IMG/VR virus record: IMGVR_UViG_3300046167_000825
Coordinates: 225,015 to 289,014 of that record
Length of the DNA stretch: 64,000 nucleotides
Reading direction: 5' to 3' (one strand)
Numbering within the stretch: the first letter of the stretch is position 1; each line of letters starts with the position of its first letter. The notes beneath the pieces are model-generated. The model ran no database searches. It had not been told where the DNA came from and was given only the letters and a program-made list of their open reading frames with translations. Shown here piece after piece: positions 55,921-64,000 of this stretch. A program made the translations under genes and the position numbers.

Positions 55921-58900
55921 ATGAGTAAAAAGTATTGGGATAAGAAAGTCAGCACATCAGACAAGAAAGATTCTTGGCAAGAACCGTTCAGTAGGGATTC
56001 CAATGTCTCTGCGAAGGCAATCCAAGCGATTGATACTTTGCTGGGTTTTTCTGGTTCGTGGATGGGTGCTTACGGTGAGCCGTATGTTTCGACAGAAGAT
56101 CAGAGGAGAACCAATGACGCTCCTAGTTCTAATCCCAACTGGCGAGTAAGCAATCTTGGTCGTTTTGGTTACCCCGAACTGAACTTCATCCCTTACAATT
56201 ATCGTACGAATACGATGGGTTCAAAGGGTGGTTCACTTGTAGGTCATCCGATTTCTTTTTCGATTGTGGGTTCGACTGTAAAGAACTCCGATCATTATTG
56301 GTCAATAGGGAATCCCACGACACTTGTTTTGACTAGTACTTCCACACTGACAGATATCTATGGTGATTTGTCCTTGTTGGTTGCAGAGGGGCTTTATTTT
56401 GTCGTTTCTGAGACTGGTGCAGAAAGAGGTGGGAAAGAGTTTGTTATAGACAGCATCTTCCCGAAGGAAGAATACGGTCAGAGTGCCAAGTTTGAAGTTT
56501 TCCGTGTGACGGGAGTGGACAATGCTCTCGGTCGTATCACTTTCGATAAGCCCATCGACAAGTTCTTTGAACTCCCAGCCAAGCCTCAGTTGGAGGGCAT
56601 CACTCTTTTCAAGCCTTATGTTTCTCGTGTTGTGGCTGTTCCAGAGAGTGGTGACAAAGGTGCAGAGAAGACCTTCGTGGTCATTACCCCCGAACAATCA
56701 GCCCATAATGACTTGAACCCAAGCAGTGACAATGTGGCTTTCGATTCATTGGCAAATGTTGGTGCAGCGAACGATAGAGGTTTCTTACTTCCCATTCCCA
56801 TCCCTCTCAAGAATCTTAATGGTCGCCTCGAAAGAGTTGCCGCGAAGACAGACGGTCGTGGTGTTTGGCGAATAGACAATGTTCCGACTGGTCATGGTCT
56901 ATCTGGTGGTGAGATCATTCATATCACATCTGTTGATATCACGGGTTTCACATCTGAAGCCCCTTTCAAAGCCAACTCTATGTTGGGGTGGTTTGAGGTC
57001 ATTGAGAATATTGGGGCTACGGGTCTTATTTTATCTCGTGCAATAGAGATCAATGCCAACACGGGTGAGATTGTTGACGACAGTGTTTTGTTCGTGGATT
57101 CAGTTGCCGAGCCAACGGCTAGTGTCTTGCTTGAGTTCAGTGTCCATGAAGCCGTTTCTGAGATTTTTAAGGGTGATTACAATGCCGACAAAGTGTCAGC
57201 GTGTCGTTTAACGAATCTCATTGACCCGAATTGGGTTGACCGAACTACCAAGCAAGTCAATGACGATGTGTCTGGGACTTTATTTGGTGGTTCTCCAGCG
57301 AAAGCAGACCGTTCGATTATCACAACGAACAAAGATGGTAGTTCGTATGCCGATGCTGGAAATCTTTTAGATTTGGGCTTCCGAATGGTTGTCTTCCCCG
57401 CCAAAGAAGTGGGTGGTAATGCCGTACCCGATTTTGAGAAGCCAATCACTTCCAATGAGGTGATTATAGACCCTAGCCTTTCTGAGAAACAGACTCTCGA
57501 TATTGATTACAGTGCTGGTACAATCACATTGTCCCACGCTCCCGTTAGTGGTGGTCAAATCGCTCCCAATGGCATTGTCGGTACATCTGTTGGTGGTAAC
57601 AACCCTCGTGGTGAGGTTGTCTTATTTGTTTCTTGTGTTCCTTATTCAATGGAGAGAGGTCAGACTGGTGCTGGGGTATCCATAACGGGTGGTGATTTAC
57701 GCTTTGCTGATCATGGCGTTGAGCAAATCTCTTACGCATCGACATTGGGTCAGACTGTCACGATGGAACTCGTACACGATTCTGGTGGTGGTGTTTACGC
57801 TGTTGAGACCAACGAGAAGATTCCGAGTAGTGGTTATTTCTCAGTGGTGGAGAAGGATGAAACCAATCCCCTAGAGAGTTCTTCTTGGTCATCTCGTCCA
57901 GAACGCCTTGATTTAACCATTTTGGGTGAAGGTCTTTTCAAGTCCATTGAGTTTCTAGGTTCATCTGCCACTCCCAATGGTTACCGTCACACTTACCGTC
58001 TTGTGGGTACAAGTTCTCTCACACCATTGATTTTGAATGACCACAACTTAATATTGCGTAAGCAGAACATCCATTTTGTAGCCCCAAAGGGGGATAACAC
58101 CTATGGTTCGGCTTGGAGAAGTGATAATGTTCGTTTTGCCTTCGCTGACATTGAGGTCAATGTCGATGGGAGTACCACTGTTTTCCCGACAGCCGTTAAA
58201 GGCCCAGCCCAAGAACTCCGTTCGCAGTTCCCACTCGGAAGCGAACTAGACTGGGGTCGTGTTGCTTTCAATCGAACTTCTCAGAGATGGACAATCAGTT
58301 CTCCCACTCACAAAGACACCGATGAGTACCAAATAGGCTTGGAAGTTTTACGAGGTAAGGCATTTATCACGGATTATTTAGAAGGCGACACAGACATTAA
58401 GACTGTGACTTTCGGTATTGATACCATCACCCCTCAATTGAGTCACACTCTCGATGTGTTGGATGTGAATATCGCTGAGAGTGATGGAAGTAAAGCATTG
58501 CAGATGGTGAAACTTTTCCTAGTGTTCCCTCATTTGCGAACACTTTGTTTTGGTGAATCCCTTGTGTCTCAAGATAAGACTTGGACGGCAGAAACCTTTG
58601 GGGATAATCGTTTGGTTCTCGCCTTGCGTTCTTATGAGGGAGGCATCCTTAAAAATGATTCAAACAACCCCGTGAACTGGTTGTCTGTCGGTGTCCCCGA
58701 CAATCAACCCCTTGCTACGACAGTGTTAGCCATAAATACAATGGCATCGGGATTAGGCTTTGGTGCTATCGCTCAAGAGATGACTGGTACAAACGAGGGA
58801 CGTATTCTCCTCACAGAGCGTTGTGTTGAGGTCATGCCTTCAAACCCAATGTTGTTCTCTGATGAAATCACCGTTGGTTCTCCTTTCATTGCTGGGGATA

Positions 58901-61900
58901 ATGCAAGATTCTTTATCACAGTTCGGTCAGCCAGCCCTAACTATCCAGACCGTTGGGTCACTTTCCCAATCCAAACAGAAAGTCTTACGACATCTGACCC
59001 CTTAGAAGCAGCCGCATTTCTGACTCGTAGCCTCTGTGACAGAAACTACGACAATTGGGTGGGTGACTCTTTAACTCAAGCGGGCTTTTACCGTGCAGAC
59101 GATACCATCAATCCTTATATTGCTGGTAGCACCTCTTACGCCTCAGCCCCCCTTCTTGACCCCAATGACCGTTTTGAGTTCCCCATTCTTTTTGCTGGAC
59201 ATGATGACCCTCGTCACCCAGCCAATGGGAATCCAGCCCACCCCGATTACAACAAGGTCATGCTTATTTGTGGTGGTCGTGGTTTCGGTGATATCGCAAA
59301 TGACAATATCGTAAATAGTCGTACTGATTATATGGGCGAGTCGACACCTCTCACAGATGGTGAGGGGAATGTTATTGGTTACAACTCCTTACATAATGTG
59401 TTGGTTGAAGTAGCCGAGGATAATGGTGATAATAACCCGAATCTCGTTGATGTTCTTGGTGGGGACTTCAAAGGTCTTCCCAATGATGTAGTTCGCTGTG
59501 GTCTTTTCTATCATGCTAGTGGAACTGGAATCAGTTCTGACCCTAATGCAAAGGTCTTGATTGCTCCCACCCCTCTTGACGAGCGTTGGTATGCGAAGGT
59601 GGGAGAAGTTTTCGAGAGTTCTGGTTACGGGACTATCACGACCTCAAGATTCTTGGGTTCTTCAAAGGTTGCCAATGTAACACCTTTGGGTACGGGTTTC
59701 TCAGCAGAACTCACATCTGATAAAATTAGCCCTATTTTTGGTGCTTCTTCTGTCAATGAGCGTTTTCTTTCAAAACCATCCACCGATTTCTCAAGGCGAA
59801 CTAGTCACCAGAAGAACTATGTTGGGGCAGACTTAACAGATCCCAACTCTCTAGGGTTCTATCGTCTTTGGTTCAATGTCTGTGCCAAAACCATTGAGGC
59901 ACATGAGTTCTCACAGAATCTCTCCCAAACACAAAAGATCATGACACCCATCTTGTATTCATTTACGGGGCTTCCCTCTCAACCAATGCGTGACCGAGAG
60001 TCCATAAGTGGTTCTTCCTTAAAGATTAACGAAAAGACGGGGCCGAACTGGTTCGTGGGGTCTGTTGTTGCTGCTGACACTGCCCTTTTGATGGGTCTAG
60101 CCTATCCTAATGTCTTTGACCCTCTTGATCTTGACCCAGTGACGGCTGATCTTTCTTATGAGATTTACCCAAAAACCTCAGCGTCTCATGAGAGTCATAA
60201 AATGACTTTATCCTTGATGCGTGCTAGAGGTCTTTTAACCCGTGAGGATTCAAGGATTCCAAGTGCCACTTATGTTTCTGGTGGTCACATTGATCTATTT
60301 TCTTCGACTCACAGAGATGCCCCTTCGGGGATATCCTTTGGGACTACTGTCGAGGATGGGTCTAATAAGACACATACCTTTTTGACACACATGGAACACG
60401 GTATTTTCCGAACTAAACTTTTGGGCGATACCTCCGAGTTGTATTGGGGTCTTGACACTTACGACACCCTCACTCAAGAGAATAAAGATTATAAATTATC
60501 CAATGGAGTTTATTCTTCTGACAACACATCTCTTATTGGTGGTGTGGCTGGAGTTCGGTTTTCGGGTGACACTCAGATTTGGATGAAGGATGCGAAAGTT
60601 CTTTCTTCCAACGGGCAATACACTGCCGCCATCATGAAAGAAATAGACAAAGATATCCTAGCCTCTCTTCCTCCAATCGCTGATTTCGGGCTAGGCTTTT
60701 CTAGTTCGATGACGGATAAAAGTGCTGTTTATGCTGATCCTTCTTATGGTGGACATTCTCCGTACAATGTACGAGGCAGTCAGAATCCCGATGGGGATGT
60801 GCTTCAAGAGACAGTCGTCTTTCTTGGGCTGACCAACAAAGACTTCTCTGCTTGGGAGAACTTCATCTTGGCTACCGATGGTGGTTTTGACCCCGCTTTC
60901 GATCTTGTGGGGACATCTCTCAATGAGAAAGAACAGTTTAATTATGCTCAATCACTCTCTGAAACGAATCTAGTCAAGAATCTTCAAGGTAAATGGCTCG
61001 ATTTACGCTTGCCTTCAAAAGGTGCTACTATTTTTGAAGAGCCTCCTTATACCTTCGAGGAAAATGTTGGTCGATGGCGTATTGTGGCATCCCCCGTGTT
61101 GCACTCTGGTTTGACTTTAATTGGTCAGACACAGTTACAACAAGTTCTAGGTTCTCAGAGTCGTTCTTTCGTTGCTGTCGTTGCCGTGAAAGTAGAACGC
61201 TGGGTCAAGCCTAGTGTTGGTTTCACAGCCTCAAGGGTTTCTTGGGTTGATACTTCTGGTGATGGTCTTCGTGATAGAAATGGTTACTCGTGGGCAGTCT
61301 ATGATTCACCCACTGGAAATGACCTTGTCTATACCGCCACTGTCCTTGAAACGGGTGGAGTTCCAACGGGAGTTCCCTCTAGTATTCGTGGTATGACAAT
61401 TGACCCCGTAGCCCTCAGACGGGAATACCTCCCGATGACTCTAGTTCGGGAGTCCAATGGTGATACTTCAGAAGGAAAACTCTGGGGTGTCTTCCCCCAC
61501 TCGGATTCGGCTGGGATACCTAAGACAGTTGCTTTCTTCACTTTGCCCGTGACTGATGAGACTGTCATCACAAGTTCGTTCAGAGGTGTTATTCAATCTT
61601 GGGAAGAGGAATATTTCTTATCTGAGGTATCCGATGACTTCCCTTACGATTTCACCGTAGACCAACAAGGGAAGACTTCTTACAAAATGAAGAAGCGATT
61701 GGGTCTTGGTGTTGTTATTGATGGTGGTTTGGGTGTAGTTCACGCAACGGGTTTCCGTTCCAACCCTAGACCTATCCAGCAAGAGTCTATCGGTGGTCTT
61801 CAAGTCTTCGGAACTGGTGGTTATCCTTACACTCAGACAAACAACAGAAAAGCCTCTGTTCTTGTCACGAATATCTTAGACACCACCGAGTTCGTTGATG

Positions 61901-64000
61901 ATGTCTATGTGATATCCCCGAAAGGTCGGATGGTATTCGAGGATGCGAGAGCCATAAGTGGTCTTGCTTCTCGTATGAAGGAAAACGCTTGGGTTTCTGA
62001 GTTCGGTTCAGACAAGGACTTCACAGCCTACGATACTTTACTGCCATACAACATGGGTGGAGTTGTCTTTAAGGGTTCGGGTGGAGTTGTTTATGCTCGT
62101 CCTTTCAGTCCTCTCAATTCGGTTGCTTCCAAAGCAAGGAAACTGATGGGTAAGCCCTTAGATTCTGGTTTGAAAGGTATGGGTGTTCCGAACTACGGTG
62201 GCTGTCTTCTTTTACCGAAAGGCCCCCCAACACCAGAGGGAACTGGAACTCCAAACTGGAACAATGGTGTTCCCTCGCTATCGGGAAAAACACCTTTGGA
62301 TGTTCCTTTGTATGAGTTCGTACAAGGAATTAATATCACTCTCTCTGCTACGGGTACAAATGAGAACTCTCTTATTGGTATTCAAGGTATCCACTCCTCT
62401 GCTTTCACACCCGTTGCTGGTGATGCCATTCAAGGAACTACTGATACTCACGAAGCCAACAGTGGTTCTATTATGCAAAGTAATGTTCCTCCCTATTCTC
62501 GTATGTCAGCCCCATACTCAGCCTCCGAACTTGTTAATCTCTTGGAGGGGATGATTGTTGAGGATATCACCAATGGGACTTTCTATACGATAGGGGAGAT
62601 CGGTCGAAACTGGATCGAATCTGCTTATCAAACATCGGGTATTCCCTCAACGGGTTCGACTGGTATTGGCTCAAGAACTTCTGTTCAAGGTTCAGTTATT
62701 GTTTATTCTGGGGCGGGTTATGAATCTATTAACTTTGACCTCAACCCTCTTGTTGGGTACAAGAACTCATTGGGCGACCCTTGTCACGGTTTCGGTGATA
62801 GAACGGACACCTTCACAGCCGATGACCCAACAACCACTTACAATGCCTTGTATTATGGCACTGAAAGAACTCATGTGAGAAATGTGGCTCTAGGTCACAA
62901 ACTTCGTATCACACCTAATGTGGAGTTTGTTCCTATTCTAGGAGAACACGGTGTGGATGGTGGACTTCTCCCTCCTAGAAGTGCTACGGGTGGCATTATC
63001 AATGATGCTGATGCTATATTCTATTCTTTATCACACCAATTCAAAAAGGCTGGCTTGGAACACGGTGCTGGAGATATTGGGAAGTTCCTTTATCTTTGTG
63101 GTACAGATTCCTATCAATACACGGGTTGGTGGGTTATCATGGATGTCTTTGAGGATTATCTTGTTCAAGGAGGTGACCCTAATCATCCCGATTACACTGC
63201 GATATATCGGAATGTGGCTGTTCTCCGTAAAATGAAACGAGGTACTGGTCGTGTTGGTGACTCCGATACGAACATGAACGCCTTGCCATTACAAGATCGA
63301 TCCCCGATTCTTCGTATGACGGGTTCTCCACATCTTAAAGATATCACGGGAGGTCTTCCTACATGGTTTGATAATGCCAACTGCTCGGATTTGATTTTGA
63401 CAATCACAAATCGAGTGGGTGCTCAAACAGTCCTCACTGTTCCAGCCGCTTTTTTCGCTGGGAAAACCTTACAGACTGCCGTGACTGCCTTGAACGCTGA
63501 CCCCTTATATAACGGTCAAGCAACTTTTGGTTCTGTTGGTTTTCTGAAATGGGGCTTTGAAGGAACTTCTGATTTTTCGGGTGCTATCACGGTCACTTAC
63601 GATAAAAGCGTGAACCCCGTTTCGATCATTGCATGGGAACAGTTTGTTGGGAATCATGCCACACTTCATGGTTATTTCCAACCAAACAACTCGGTGACCA
63701 ACCCCACCACCAATGACCCCCTAGCCGATTCGCAAGTTCTCGGTCAATCGGGCTTCTTTTCATTCCCTGGCGTCAACTCAGCCGTAGATAGAGGGGCGGG
63801 TGACCGAAATAACGCTGCTGTTATGGTTGGGAAGGGTGAGTTCAAATCGTATTCTGCTTCTCGTGGTCTTCGATGGGTGTTCTCACATCCTCTCACAGAA
63901 GAAAACACTGGTTCGTATCTCCATTTGACTCGACCTCAAACAAGATTCTTTGATAGAGATGTCGAAGGCTTCACAAAACCGACAGACGATGCAGCACCTC
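55921..64000 (+). CDS. giant (>2,690 aa) probable virion protein, runs off the window end
   Basis: ATG 55921 after two late motifs; no stop seen in this frame where checked, and no terminated ORF in this frame appears in the track; G/S/T/V-rich. Confidence 0.85.
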   Translation, partial: MSKKYWDKKVSTSDKKDSWQEPFSRDSNVSAKAIQAIDTLLGFSGSWMGAYGEPYVSTEDQRRTNDAPSSNPNWRVSNLGRFGYPELNFIPYNYRTNTMGSKGGSLVGHPISFSIVGSTVKNSDHYWSIGNPTTLVLTSTSTLTDIYGDLSLLVAEGLYFVVSETGAERGGKEFVIDSIFPKEEYGQSAKFEVFRVTGVDNALGRITFDKPIDKFFELPAKPQLEGITLFKPYVSRVVAVPESGDKGAEKTFVVITPEQSAHNDLNPSSDNVAFDSLANVGAANDRGFLLPIPIPLKNLNGRLERVAAKTDGRGVWRIDNVPTGHGLSGGEIIHITSVDITGFTSEAPFKANSMLGWFEVIENIGATGLILSRAIEINANTGEIVDDSVLFVDSVAEPTASVLLEFSVHEAVSEIFKGDYNADKVSACRLTNLIDPNWVDRTTKQVNDDVSGTLFGGSPAKADRSIITTNKDGSSYADAGNLLDLGFRMVVFPAKEVGGNAVPDFEKPITSNEVIIDPSLSEKQTLDIDYSAGTITLSHAPVSGGQIAPNGIVGTSVGGNNPRGEVVLFVSCVPYSMERGQTGAGVSITGGDLRFADHGVEQISYASTLGQTVTMELVHDSGGGVYAVETNEKIPSSGYFSVVEKDETNPLESSSWSSRPERLDLTILGEGLFKSIEFLGSSATPNGYRHTYRLVGTSSLTPLILNDHNLILRKQNIHFVAPKGDNTYGSAWRSDNVRFAFADIEVNVDGSTTVFPTAVKGPAQELRSQFPLGSELDWGRVAFNRTSQRWTISSPTHKDTDEYQIGLEVLRGKAFITDYLEGDTDIKTVTFGIDTITPQLSHTLDVLDVNIAESDGSKALQMVKLFLVFPHLRTLCFGESLVSQDKTWTAETFGDNRLVLALRSYEGGILKNDSNNPVNWLSVGVPDNQPLATTVLAINTMASGLGFGAIAQEMTGTNEGRILLTERCVEVMPSNPMLFSDEITVGSPFIAGDNARFFITVRSASPNYPDRWVTFPIQTESLTTSDPLEAAAFLTRSLCDRNYDNWVGDSLTQAGFYRADDTINPYIAGSTSYASAPLLDPNDRFEFPILFAGHDDPRHPANGNPAHPDYNKVMLICGGRGFGDIANDNIVNSRTDYMGESTPLTDGEGNVIGYNSLHNVLVEVAEDNGDNNPNLVDVLGGDFKGLPNDVVRCGLFYHASGTGISSDPNAKVLIAPTPLDERWYAKVGEVFESSGYGTITTSRFLGSSKVANVTPLGTGFSAELTSDKISPIFGASSVNERFLSKPSTDFSRRTSHQKNYVGADLTDPNSLGFYRLWFNVCAKTIEAHEFSQNLSQTQKIMTPILYSFTGLPSQPMRDRESISGSSLKINEKTGPNWFVGSVVAADTALLMGLAYPNVFDPLDLDPVTADLSYEIYPKTSASHESHKMTLSLMRARGLLTREDSRIPSATYVSGGHIDLFSSTHRDAPSGISFGTTVEDGSNKTHTFLTHMEHGIFRTKLLGDTSELYWGLDTYDTLTQENKDYKLSNGVYSSDNTSLIGGVAGVRFSGDTQIWMKDAKVLSSNGQYTAAIMKEIDKDILASLPPIADFGLGFSSSMTDKSAVYADPSYGGHSPYNVRGSQNPDGDVLQETVVFLGLTNKDFSAWENFILATDGGFDPAFDLVGTSLNEKEQFNYAQSLSETNLVKNLQGKWLDLRLPSKGATIFEEPPYTFEENVGRWRIVASPVLHSGLTLIGQTQLQQVLGSQSRSFVAVVAVKVERWVKPSVGFTASRVSWVDTSGDGLRDRNGYSWAVYDSPTGNDLVYTATVLETGGVPTGVPSSIRGMTIDPVALRREYLPMTLVRESNGDTSEGKLWGVFPHSDSAGIPKTVAFFTLPVTDETVITSSFRGVIQSWEEEYFLSEVSDDFPYDFTVDQQGKTSYKMKKRLGLGVVIDGGLGVVHATGFRSNPRPIQQESIGGLQVFGTGGYPYTQTNNRKASVLVTNILDTTEFVDDVYVISPKGRMVFEDARAISGLASRMKENAWVSEFGSDKDFTAYDTLLPYNMGGVVFKGSGGVVYARPFSPLNSVASKARKLMGKPLDSGLKGMGVPNYGGCLLLPKGPPTPEGTGTPNWNNGVPSLSGKTPLDVPLYEFVQGINITLSATGTNENSLIGIQGIHSSAFTPVAGDAIQGTTDTHEANSGSIMQSNVPPYSRMSAPYSASELVNLLEGMIVEDITNGTFYTIGEIGRNWIESAYQTSGIPSTGSTGIGSRTSVQGSVIVYSGAGYESINFDLNPLVGYKNSLGDPCHGFGDRTDTFTADDPTTTYNALYYGTERTHVRNVALGHKLRITPNVEFVPILGEHGVDGGLLPPRSATGGIINDADAIFYSLSHQFKKAGLEHGAGDIGKFLYLCGTDSYQYTGWWVIMDVFEDYLVQGGDPNHPDYTAIYRNVAVLRKMKRGTGRVGDSDTNMNALPLQDRSPILRMTGSPHLKDITGGLPTWFDNANCSDLILTITNRVGAQTVLTVPAAFFAGKTLQTAVTALNADPLYNGQATFGSVGFLKWGFEGTSDFSGAITVTYDKSVNPVSIIAWEQFVGNHATLHGYFQPNNSVTNPTTNDPLADSQVLGQSGFFSFPGVNSAVDRGAGDRNNAAVMVGKGEFKSYSASRGLRWVFSHPLTEENTGSYLHLTRPQTRFFDRDVEGFTKPTDDAAP

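Noticed and set aside
1900-61450. GAACTAG/CTAGTTC as a dispersed functional repeat
   Set aside because: Mostly inside genes as GAA-CTA codon pairs and plausibly a by-product of AGCT avoidance; not quantified
56302-63407. Short ORFs listed in the last 8 kb
   Set aside because: Shadows of the giant frame-1 ORF starting at 55921
1-64000. Alternative genetic code (stop-codon reassignment)
   Set aside because: Long intact genes end in TAA, TAG and TGA, and coding density is high under the standard code
1-64000. CRISPR array, reverse transcriptase/DGR or rRNA
   Set aside because: No regularly spaced repeats, RT motifs or rRNA-like sequence seen; the Cas4-like nuclease at 4195 sits in a recombination operon
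1-64000. Eukaryotic giant virus origin (Topo IB, DNMT3-like MTases, Zn-repeat nucleases)
   Set aside because: Shine-Dalgarno sites, coupled operons, intrinsic terminators, DnaX/NusG and terminase-portal-HK97 capsid genes indicate a bacteriophage

Overview
This window is part of a large tailed dsDNA bacteriophage genome (jumbo-phage-like), about 43% GC by eye, using the standard code, with almost all genes on the + strand. The host cannot be determined from sequence. Layout: (1-12.3 kb) DNA metabolism, with C5 DNA methyltransferases, split SbcC/Rad50 plus SbcD, a PD-(D/E)XK nuclease, a beta-clamp, a TOPRIM primase, DnaX, a NusG-like protein and a tandem-HTH sigma-like protein; (12.3-39 kb) virion head module, with terminase, portal, prohead protease, scaffold, decoration protein, HK97-type major capsid protein and a fibre, plus a Dps-like protein and a multi-domain topoisomerase IB protein embedded in it; (39-52.5 kb) accessory and probable internal-head genes, a third methyltransferase with a nested ORF, an HNH nuclease, tRNA-Ala(UGC), a class II aldolase and a HAD nucleotidase; (52.7-55.8 kb) Zn-repeat endonucleases; (55.9-64 kb) one uninterrupted ORF of more than 2,690 codons that is missing from the ORF track. 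Best candidate for an undescribed system: a short peptide tag, [RKN]-[VIL]-A-x-R-[FYW]-[LMV], is attached to unrelated late proteins, and recurrent [KR]-x-[AG] sites lie at N-termini and domain boundaries. Together these suggest a capsid-targeting and maturation-protease code that loads polyprotein cargo into the head. Other signals read directly from the sequence are a 13-bp putative late promoter (19 copies counted), a YCGTATA early-type motif, a shared N-terminal leader on all methyltransferases, apparent AGCT avoidance and a sharp keto-skew flip near 52.5 kb. All family calls come from motifs recognised by eye; no database searches were run.
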